A stretch of DNA of 64,000 nt, from assembly GCA_964016885.1 (NCBI GenBank), contig OZ024744.1, positions 83,762,001 to 83,826,000 on the forward strand, read 5' to 3'. The stretch comes from Eledone cirrhosa. Lineage: Eukaryota. Position numbers and translations under genes: made by a program. The notes beneath the pieces are model-generated. The model ran no database searches, was not told the origin of the DNA, and saw nothing but the letters and a program-made list of their open reading frames with translations. Shown here piece by piece: positions 49,842 through 64,000 of the stretch; position 1 is the stretch's first letter, and each line of letters opens with the position of its first letter.

Positions 49842-51170
49842 TTGCAAGGTCCTTGATTTGAAATCGTGTGTCGAAACAAATATTGTTATACTTGGGGAGG
49901 GTCATATAGTTGTAATAATATTGCCAGAAATAATAACAGAACACACTCACTGTTTTGTTGGTTTTCACTTCTGTATCTTTTACATCTCCACAGTTAAATC
50001 ATTCGGTTCTCAATGTTTACCATTGACTGACCAACGGTCAAAAATACAAATATAATATAGATATAAACAGATATATATAGTCTAACAAAGTTTCGTTCGT
50101 TGCACATCTGTATAACATTATTAGTGGTACTATTATGTTCCTCCTGTTGTATTGTATATCTACGCCAATTTTATTTTATCTGTTTATTTATTTATTTATT
50201 TTACCCTGCGCATGCGTTTGCGTGTGTGTATAGTGTTTGGTGTGTGTTCGCGTTTGGGTGACTGTGTTTTGGTTATTGTATTCTATCTTAGTTTACTAGT
50301 GTATGTTTATATGTATTATTTGTTATTGTGCTTGTGTATATATTTATGTATTTAGATTTCCCTTAAGTATTGTTTGTTTGGGTGTTGTTGTTATTCCATT
50401 AATTTTTTCTGTTTAGCTTTCGCCTTCTAAGTTCTATTTCGCCTGCCTCTCTGATTTGCCTATCTGCTGGGTCATTTCTATGTTTAGATATTATTTCAAT
50501 TTCTATGTTGTCTATTTTACCGTCATGTTGTTGTCTGGCGTGTTCTTATAGTACTGAACCGGTTTTTCGTCCTTTTAGTTCCCCCCCAGTGTTGGTCTAT
50601 CCTTTCTCCTATGCTACGAGCTGTCTCGCCTATGTATGTTGTTGTCATGTTTCTGGAAGTAGCCTCTGTACATCTTATGCTATAGACTACGTTTCTAGTT
50701 TTATAGTTTATCCGGGGGTTTACTGTACATATAATACATTTCCTATTAGTACAGTGGGTTTTCTTAAAAGGGTATGTTTTGCTGATCAGGGATTTTATGG
50801 TAGTTCCTGGCTTTTCTACCACTTTAATCTTTAAGTGGGTCTTTCTCAAAGCCTTTCTACACTAGTTAGCTAATTTCCCTCCAGGGGTAGCGTCCACGAA
50901 CATGACACTCTGGTATCTCTGGTTGTCGTACCATGAGGTGGCTTTCCCTATCTTATGTTTAGTCCTATCTAAGCTATTCCATGATTTGCTGCTGTATAAT
51001 GGGCAAATTCCTTTCATGTCCAGTTCTATGAGGATATTATACTCTGACCAAATTAACTGTGGAGATATAAAAGATACAGAAGCGAAAACCAAGCAAACAG
51101 TGAGTGTGTTCTGTTATTATTTCTGGCAATATTATTACAACAATATGACCCTCTCCAAGTATAACAATAT
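49837..51170 (-). mobile_element. 5'-truncated Penelope-like element (GIY-YIG) with inverted copy of its 3' tail at 51050-51170
   Basis: SVMFVDATPGGKLA, IKVVEKPGTTIK, C..C..NVVYSIRC..YIGETARSIGERIDQH. Terminal inverted repeat of about 120 bp. (TA)n flanks. Confidence 0.85.
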
Positions 51171-51338
51171 ATATATATATGCTGTAGTAAAAGGTTGGTA
51201 GAAATATCTTAGGGTAAGAGAACTCAGTCCAAAGGACGAGTTTAGTATATATGATTACAACAGTGACATAAACAGGTACTTACGTTTCGTATCTTCTGGA
51301 CGCCTACGAAACTTAAATAACTGTTTATGTCACTGTTA

Positions 51339-51406
<68 letters not shown>

Positions 51407-51454
51407 CATATATATGTATATATATGTGTGTGTGTGTATATGTATATATATATG

Positions 51455-51524
51455 TCCCACTGATGAGCATTGGTATTTCTATTCACAATTAATATTGCGA
51501 AACAGCACCAAGAGCTGTCTGGGT
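51455..51524 (+). ncRNA. Canonical type I hammerhead ribozyme with full stem III
   Basis: CCCA CTGATGA GCA..TGC GAAA CAGC accaaga GCTG TC TGGG (GUC site). Confidence 0.8.
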
Positions 51525-51711
51525 GATTGGTAGTTACCACAATTCCGGTTTGTATTTTATTTTCTTGATTTATTCTTAAATTGAGTCAGGCAAACCCTAT
51601 TATCTATAGTTAGTATTCTTTTCACCTCAGCTAATCTGGTCCCTTGCGATTTGAACACATATATGTATATGTCTGTGTTCGTTTTTCTTTTATATTCAAT
51701 TATAATATATA

Positions 51712-51898
51712 TATATATATATGAATGTATATATAGTGTATTATGCAACACACTGTATGCTTAATTAAAAGCATTTCGAAGACCTTACGCTATTGTTTTA
51801 GAGTAGTTACAGTCTCACTTACTTTAAATTTTCAGCAAACAGGGGATACACTATATATACATTCATATATATATCTCTATTTCAGAGCACCAATTCTA

Positions 51899-51900
<2 letters not shown>
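51712..51900. repeat. Truncated, inverted copy of the tail family at 59717-60085 and 61310-61785
   Basis: Shared atgcttaattaaaagcattt.gaagacc..gctattgttttagagtagt. Confidence 0.7.
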
Positions 51901-51933
<33 letters not shown>

Positions 51934-52259
51934 CATATGTGTGTATATATGTGTGTGTGCGTGTGTGTGTGAGAGTGTGTGAATTGATCAGTATGTGCGT
52001 GAGCGTGTGATTGTGTTCACACTTGCTGTAGTTCTTGATAATTTTTTTTTTTTTAAATAAATATCTATTCTTTAAGATGACAAAGCTTCTATTTAATAAC
52101 CATTAACATATTTTTGTTGATTTCCATGTCATTTCTTCCCGTCTACCCGAAAATGTTACCTGCTTTTTTTTTGCTTTTTTCGTCTTTCCTTCTTTCTATC
52201 TATATCTTCAATTTTATCTTCCGTATTTAGTGTTTTATTTATATATATTTATAATATGT

Positions 52260-55835
<3,576 letters not shown>

Positions 55836-56009
55836 GGGTATGGTCATCTATATATATAATACAAGGACGAGTGGTTACTCTTTCATTACGTATATTGGAT
55901 GGTGACGCGCGTTTCACAACTGATCAGCTTAATGTTCGATCTCTATCGATGTGGCCCTATTCTCGAATAAACAGCCCTGTGTAACAGTAATGACAAAATC
56001 CTGTCATTA

Positions 56010-56175
56010 CTGCTCCAGACACCATGCTTTGCAGCATAGAAATACGGCCCTTTAACAGTCAAAGTTCAAAATCCGCCGAGGTTAACTCTGCCTTTCATCC
56101 TCAATATCGGGTCGATAAAATAAAGTACCAGTAATGCGCTGGGGCATTTGCCAAAAGTTAAAACAATGATTATAT
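56010..56175 (+). mobile_element. tRNA-derived SINE (family 1), partial
   Basis: gttcaaaatccgccgaggttaactctgcctttcatcc..gggtcgataaaataaagtaccag. Confidence 0.75.
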
Positions 56176-56271
56176 TATACTCTGTCTAGCTCTACACCTG
56201 GATACTGACGTAAACCTAAACAGCGATTGCTCACCCGGGTGAACCTAAAGTATCTCCGCATTATACTCCCT

Positions 56272-56335
<64 letters not shown>

Positions 56336-56814
56336 TATATATAGGAAATGAGTCAGGACCCTGTCGGCTGAGCTCCAATATCTATATATATATATATATT
56401 TATGTAAATATGATAATAATGGAGCTGCGGCGTTGCAAATGGGTTACATATGAAAAAGTTTGTCCTCATCAGTGGCCTTCCAACCGTCGTAGGCATTTCG
56501 TCGCATTAAAGGCCATATACCTCAGGTTGGTGCGAGCAACGGCTAAAAAAAAGTCGTTGGGACACGTAAGTAAGGGGGACGCTAGGGTAAACAATCAAAA
56601 TGGTTTAAGCAGCAGAAAGTGATGAAGAAGGAAACAAGTCCCAGATTTCTATGAATATAAATTCGGTGGAATCGTGAACGAGAGAATAAAGACCATCAAA
56701 CCTGGTTGAAATGTGAGCAAGGAAGGAATTTCGCACAGGTCTAACGGGAGGAAGAAAGTGTCTGGTCTGCGAATTCGGTAAACATAAGTTCTATGAAGTC
56801 GCAGACGAGAGAAT

Positions 56815-56930
56815 AATTGTTTCTACTATTGGCACAAGGCCAGCAATTACCAGTACATAACTGGTACTTTATTTTATCGACCCCGTAAGGATGATAGGCA
56901 AAATTAACCGTGGCGGGATTTGAACTCAAA
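56815..56930 (-). mobile_element. tRNA-derived SINE (family 1), partial
   Basis: Reverse complement of SINE core and 3' end. Confidence 0.75.
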
Positions 56931-57066
56931 GTATGGTAAGGAACCAGGTGGACTAAACGCACCAGAGTGCTCGATACTTAGGGTAGTAGAGTGGGTCATA
57001 GGAAAAGAGTTAGGACCCCGGCGGCTGAGCTCCGACCGTTACGACAGCTAGATCCGAACGTTCGGA

Positions 57067-57102
<36 letters not shown>

Positions 57103-57107
<5 letters not shown>

Positions 57108-58641
57108 AATTAAGTTAAAAATGTACATCCACATATGTATACTGAAATACTAGTATGCATATGAATACACACACGTATACATATGTAGATGTACCGAGTT
57201 TTTCACTGGTCACTTTACTGTGAGTGTCCAGCTATTCTGTATGTAAACACACAGAAAAACCGGTTTTTAGAGTCATACTGGTTTTTGAGGAAACACCTTT
57301 CCTCTATTCTCCAGAAAGCCAGACAAGGAATATTGAACTAGTTTCGATGTTGTTACATCTCATCAGCAATATTTACCTATCTTCCGGCCTTTCTAGAGAA
57401 TCGTAAAAGCACATATCGTTATATGCTTTTTCTATGAAAATTAGTAGTGGGCAGACTAATTTGCATAGAGCGTGAGTACGTACCGGTTCAACGGAGACGA
57501 TAAAAACAAATAACGAAACGAAATTAAATTTCGTTTCGTTTGTAACTGACTTTTGTATGACTGACGCTTAAACAATTAAGTTAAAAATGTACATCCACAT
57601 ATGTATACTGAAATACTAGTATGCATATGAATACACACACGTATACATATGTAGATGTACCGAGTTTTTCACTGGTCACTTTACTGTGAGTGTCCAGCTA
57701 TTCTGTATGTAAACACACAGACAAACCGGTTTTTAGAGTCATACTGGTTTTTGAGGAAACACCTTTCCTCTATTCTCCAGAAAGCCAGACAAGGAATATT
57801 GAACTAGTTTCGATGTTGTTACATCTCATCAGCAATATTTACCTATCTTCCGGCCTTTCTAGAGAATCGTAAAAGCACATATCGTTATATGCTTTTTCTA
57901 TGAAAATTAGTAGTGGGCAGACTAATTTGCATAGAGCGTGAGTACGTACCGGTTCAACGGAGACGATAAAAACAAATAACGAAACGAAATTAAATTTCGT
58001 TTCGTTTGTAACTGACTTTTGTATGACTGACGCTTAAACAATTAAGTTAAAAATGTACATCCACATATGTATACTGAAATACTAGTATGCATATGAATAC
58101 ACACTCGTATACATATGTAGATGTACCGAGTTTTTCACTGGTCACTTTACTGTGAGTGTCCAGCTATTCTGTATGTAGACACACAGACAAACCGGTTTTT
58201 ACGTACTCACGCTCTATGCAAATTAGTCTGCCCACTACTAATTTTCATAGAAAAAGCATATAACGATATGTGCTTTTACGATTCTCTAGAAAGGCCGGAA
58301 GATAGGTAAATATTGCTGATGAGATGTAACAACATCGAAACTAGCTCAATATTCCTTGTCTGGCTTTCTGGAGAATAGAGGAAAGGTGTTTCCTCAAAAA
58401 CCAGTATGACTCTAAAAACCGGTTTGTCTGTGTGTTTACATACAGAATAGCTGGACACTCACAGTAAAGTGACCAGTGAAAAACTCGGTACATCTACATA
58501 TGTATACGTGTGTGTATTCATATGCATACTAGTATTTCAGTATACATATGTGGATGTACATTTTTAACTTAATTGTTTAAGCGTCAGTCATACAAAAGTG
58601 AGTTACAAACGAAACGAAATTTAATTTCGTTTCGTTATTTG

Positions 58642-58648
<7 letters not shown>
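57103..58648. repeat. 466-bp tandem array: about 2.4 direct units plus about 1 inverted unit, bounded by (TA)n; candidate retrozyme
   Basis: Units start at 57103, 57569 and 58035. Inversion at about 58200. One hammerhead per unit. Confidence 0.95.
57329..57373 (-). ncRNA. Minimal type I hammerhead in the 466-bp unit (also 57795-57839 on -, 58309-58353 on +)
   Basis: AATATTG CTGATGA GATGT aaca ACATC GAAA CTAG TT CAATATT: perfect 7-bp stem I, 5-bp stem II, palindromic ACUAGU. Confidence 0.9.
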
Positions 58649-58694
<46 letters not shown>

Positions 58695-58796
58695 TCAGGT
58701 TATCAATAATGTAGTGATAATATATCGTTACGTTAGAGATGAACAGCGTACGTGCAGGTTTGCTCAACGAGTATAAATTATATTCCGGAGAAATGT

Positions 58797-59372
58797 AGAA
58801 AGGATGAATATAAAATGAAAGTGCTTTTGTTAAAAAAGGAATTTATTAGGTATTGACATATGTTTCTGTAACAGACCGAATACCTATGTATCGCTGCTTG
58901 CGTAATCATATAATGTTAGCAAGTATTCGATAGCAAATGTATAATCAGTTGTCACTTCTTCAGAGATTTTGGATAAACTGGATAAAATCAGAAAAATTGA
59001 AGTATTAATATTAGTAAAAGAGGAAGGAACAGAGGGGATAGAATATAACAGATGGTAAAATAATTTACTGCTAAACAAGTATATAATGGGTTTTTAATGA
59101 GAATACCATGATTAAATCTAAATAAGAATTTTGGGAGTGCCGATTTTAATCTCTACTTGACCAACTGGACAGTGGACAGGGCTGGTCATTTGGTGCAGTA
59201 GTATTAATCATAAAGTGTCAATTGGGGAAGGGGGAGATTTCGATTGCTACTAAATAACATCAATGCTAGTAGTCAGCTGGTATACATAGGTATTCGGTCT
59301 GTTACAGAAACATATGTCAATACCTAATAAATTCCTTTTTTAACAAAAGCACTTTCATTTTATATTCATCCT

Positions 59373-59378
<6 letters not shown>
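58797..59378. repeat. Element with about 95-bp perfect terminal inverted repeats
   Basis: 58797-58890 is the reverse complement of about 59282-59377. Confidence 0.8.
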
Positions 59379-59410
<32 letters not shown>

Positions 59411-59431
59411 ATACATATATATATACATATG

Positions 59432-59508
<77 letters not shown>

Positions 59509-59547
59509 ATACATATATACATATGTATATACATATATATATACATA

Positions 59548-60085
<538 letters not shown>

Positions 60086-60086
60086 T

Positions 60087-60156
<70 letters not shown>

Positions 60157-60162
<6 letters not shown>

Positions 60163-60320
60163 GGTGAAGCAACGAAAAAATGAGGAAGAAGGAGTCAAGT
60201 CCCAAATTTCTATGAATTTAAATTCGGTGAAATCGTGAACGAGAGAGGATAAAGACCATCAAACCTGGTTGAAATGTGAGCAAGGAAGGAATTTCGCACA
60301 GGTCTAACGGGAGGAAGAAG

Positions 60321-60356
<36 letters not shown>

Positions 60357-60520
60357 CTTCTTCCTCCCGTTAGACCTGTGCGAAATTCCTTCCTTGCTCA
60401 CATTTCAACCAGGTTTGATGGTCTTTATCCTCTCTCGTTCACGATTTCACCGAATTTAAATTCATAGAAATTTGGGACTTGACTCCTTCTTCCTCATTTT
60501 TTCGTTGCTTCACCATTTTT
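60157..60520. repeat. 364-bp perfect palindrome centred on (TA)n; family also at about 56420-56760 and 60860-61155
   Basis: The same 63-aa ORF appears on both strands. Arms are symmetric about 60338/9. Confidence 0.9.
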
Positions 60521-61469
60521 GTTTGTTTACACTCGCGGCCCCTTTATTTACGTATCCCAACGACTTTTTTAGCCGTTGCTCGCACAAACCGGAGGTATAT
60601 GGTCTTTAAAGCGATGAAATACCAATGATGTTTGGAAAATCACTGATGAAGGACTAACTTTATTCATATGTAACCCATTAGCAACCCCGCAGCACGTTTA
60701 TTTCATATTTACACATATATTTCCCCTGCTGTTACCCGTCTATTTCGTTCTTACTGCTTCCTCTTTCTCTGTATATTTACCCTCTCTAGCAGTCACTCTC
60801 TCTGTTAGACTCTTCCTCACCCTTCACTCACTCATTCACCGTTACTACCTCTCCTCCTCATCCTTCTTCCCGTTTGACCTGTGCGTAATTCTTTTCTTTC
60901 GCACGCTTGGCCAGACCGGTCGGCATTTTTTCTCTCTCTCGTCTACGATTTCACAGAACTTATGTTTACCGAATTCACAGACTAGACCCCTTCTTCCTCC
61001 CGTTAGACCTGTGCGAAATTCCTTCCTTGCTTACATTCCAACCAGGTTTGATGGTCTTTATTCTCTCTCGTTCACGATTTCACCGAATTTAAATTCATAG
61101 AAATTTGGGACTTGACTCCTTCTTCCTCACTTTTCGTTGCTTCACCATTTTTGTTACTAATATACAGAATGTTTGTTTGTTAACGGTTATCAAGATTGCT
61201 TATCCCTTCGCTTCTGCCGAGACTTGTAGAAGTTCGATTCTTATAGAATTCCAGTGATGATTAAGAGCTGATTAAGCAGAGCAGTTGCCTGTCCAGCAAA
61301 AATTAGTAATTAGTATCAGTGCTCTGAAATAACGATGTATGTATGAATGTATGTATAGTATATTTGATAATATACTGTCTGTTTATTTTAAAACATTTTG
61401 AACATCATTTGCTATGAGTTTTAAAGTAGTGACTATGTCACTTACTTTGTCTCGGCAAAAACAAAGGGG

Positions 61470-61516
61470 AGCAACCGACAGCTGTTTCTCGTTTATTAAC
61501 GATTATCAAGATTGCT
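61470..61516 (-). ncRNA. Minimal type I hammerhead, U3-A8 variant (diverged inverted copy at 61599-61645 on +)
   Basis: AGCAATC TTGATAA TCGTT aata AACGA GAAA CAGCTG TC GGTTGCT. Confidence 0.85.
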
Positions 61517-62404
61517 TATCCCTTTCATACACACATCGCTATTACTATACTGATACTAATCTCTAATTTTTGCACTGATACTAAGAAGCGGAGGGATAAG
61601 CAATCTTGATAACCGTTAACAAACGAGAAACAGCTATCGGTTGCTTCCCTTTGTTTTTTGCCGAGACGAAGTAAGTGAGATAATCACTACTTTAAAACTC
61701 ATAGCGAATGGTCTTCAATCAAAATGTTTTAAAATAAACATTCAGTATATTATCAACTATACTATACATAAATTCATATATATATGAAAAAGTATGACCC
61801 GATGGGAGAGTTCAAGCCGTTTCGACGGCTATTTCAGTCCAGAAATAGCCGTCGAAACGGCTTGAGCTCTGCCGTCGGGGGTCACACTTTTTCCTATTAC
61901 GCACTCTACTTACTACCATAAGTATTGAGTACTCTGGTGCGTTGTGGTCCATCTGGTTCCTTACCACAATTCCTTCGTTATATATATATATATATATTTA
62001 AAATATGGGGCGGGGGCACAGTACAAAGACAATGGAGGAAGTAAGGAAAAGACAGACAGTCACATCTCCTCAGTTAACCTCTGGAAATCATTACGGTTTC
62101 GTTGCATTAAGTTTGTTATCGTTCATTCTAGTGTATATTGTGACATAACAAAACAAGGAGAGACGAGTTATGCCTTTCGGCGAATTACACAAATATAGAT
62201 AAATATCTATCCCGAGTGCGTCAACTGACTCAGAAGAGAGAGAATGGTGCACGAATGCTCAGCCAATGGAAAGAAATATAGAAAGGAGGGATATAGTAAA
62301 ACAGAAATGAATGAAAAGGACTCTACTATTGTCTAAATTGCAGTCAAAGAAGAATGACACCGAGACGTTGAAAATGTAAAACGACAGACTGGGTTGTGTG
62401 ATGT

Positions 62405-62538
<134 letters not shown>

Positions 62539-62554
62539 GTGTAATAATAAAAAT

Positions 62555-62998
62555 AATGGTTTTTACTATAGGCACTAGACCAACAATTAGGCGGAGAGAG
62601 GAAAGTCGATTGATTATTCATGTGTTTTTTTTCCTTGGAATATGCAACAATGTCTTCACGAGTGGACATTTGATTAAATTCAGATATTATGTATATAAGG
62701 ATGAAGGGCAAAGTTAACCTCGGCGGGATTTGAACTTAGAATGGCAAGGGCCGTAACTCTATAGGTCAAAGCATGGCGTCCGACCCTCTACCAATATTGC
62801 CAACCAATCCACCCCCTTGTGTAATAATAACGATAATCGTTTCAACTATAGGTACTTGGTCAACAATTTGGTGGAGAGAGGAAAGTCGATTTCTTTTATC
62901 GATGCTAACCTCGACAGGATTTGAATTCAGAGCTTAAAGGGCCGTAACTATATAACGTAAAGCATGTTGTCCGATGTTCTGCCAATACAGCCAATTCA
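62555..62998 (-). mobile_element. Two SINE family 1 copies head-to-tail with ATT spacers
   Basis: ggatgaagggcaaagttaacctcggcgggatttgaac..ggcgtccgaccctctacc, repeated in decayed form. Confidence 0.7.
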
Positions 62999-63187
62999 AA
63001 GTCCTAATAATAATAATAATAACTTTTGTTGATTTTCATATCATTTCTTTCCATCTAGCCGAACATTTTATCTGCTTTTTATTTCTTTTCGTCTTTCCTT
63101 CTTTCTATCTATATCTCCAATTTTATCTTCCGTATTTAGTGTTTTATTTATATAATTTATAATATATATATATTCTCTATTTTTTTC

Positions 63188-63516
63188 TAAGGCGGGTAAA
63201 ATTCCCGAGATCCATGGACGAGTCATTTCCAGCGGTCTCTGTCCCTCATTATCGCTGCCATGTCCTGCGTCTCCAATAGACCAGTGTCTGTCCTTAGGGC
63301 ATCAACATATGTTAACCTTGGTCTTCCTCATCTAGTGTGTCCATGTAGGGGCTCCCAAAGGAGCACTGAGTGCAATGTCAACTCTGGATGTCGGTGAGCA
63401 TGTCCAGCCAACGTCAGTCTCCTCTGTGTCACTCTTGAGCTGACTCTTGGGATGCTCCCATACAGCTGTGAGTTTTTCATCCTCAGTGTATACTGATTAA
63501 TGTTCAGAGCCATCCT
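63188..63516 (-). mobile_element. RTE-clade LINE 3' fragment, same family as 1-739
   Basis: MALNINQYTLRMKNSQLYGSIPRVSS..LLWEPLHGHT is nearly identical to the copy at the window start. Confidence 0.85.
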
Positions 63517-63716
63517 CAGTATAATATATATATATATATATATATATTATCCTCCTGTGCCTCCCCCATCTTGTCCTTTGGGGCAAGCAACATCGCACTC
63601 CAATAGAATGAGCTGTTCCAACATGGAGTACAGTGTGTGTGTGTACGTGTGTCTGTGTGTGCACGTGTGCATGTGTGTATGTGTGTGTATGTGTGTGTGC
63701 GTTTGTGTGTGTGTTT

Positions 63717-63785
<69 letters not shown>

Positions 63786-63879
63786 AATATCAAGTGATTA
63801 GACGCCGGTGGTGGAATTTGAAAATTAAATTGAATTACCAAATTCACCATATTTTATACTACAAAAAATAGTCCAATAA

Positions 63880-64000
63880 AGGTTTCTGATTTAGGAACAA
63901 GGCTAACCTAAATGAGAGGGTGGGGTGGAAGTCGATTAAATCGACCCCAGTGAATTACTGGTACTTTATTTTATCGACCACGTAAGGCTGATATACAAAG
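63880..64000 (-). mobile_element. SINE family 1 3' half (runs off window)
   Basis: ctggtactttattttatcgaccacgtaagg. Confidence 0.7.

Noticed and set aside
52105-52255. About 145-bp segment duplicated at 63022-63165
   Set aside because: Real dispersed repeat but with no diagnostic feature, so left unclassified
55895-55935. GAAACGCGCGTC half-hammerhead on minus strand
   Set aside because: Matching core strand and stem I partner not found
56455-56510. CTGATGA motif (also at about 60643) as a possible type II hammerhead
   Set aside because: No consistent stem II or III pairing in the two copies

Overview
Gene-poor, AT-rich, microsatellite-dense eukaryotic DNA. It is probably octopus/cephalopod, inferred from the tRNA-derived SINE family and the repeat landscape. 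No host gene is recognisable. Contents: (i) RTE-type LINE 3' fragments at both window ends; (ii) a decayed near-full-length R4/Dong-clade (RLE) non-LTR element interrupted by a non-autonomous Helitron, plus two 3' fragments of the same family; (iii) a 17-kb same-strand, head-to-tail chain of three Tx1-clade LINEs (one with intact ORF1 and ORF2) and three SINEs, with every junction in (ATT)n; (iv) a Rep-deleted Helitron with both termini; (v) Penelope-like (GIY-YIG) fragments with inversions. The most interesting signal is non-coding. At least seven sequence families carry type I hammerhead ribozyme motifs, most with a minimal palindromic stem III and several with the compensatory U3-A8 core. 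They include two young non-coding tandem arrays (528-bp and 466-bp units, one hammerhead per unit). Each array flips orientation once, so both 3' ends point outward into (TA)n. These are candidate retrozymes (circRNA-forming, Penelope-mobilised elements). All folds were done by eye; nothing was computed or searched.
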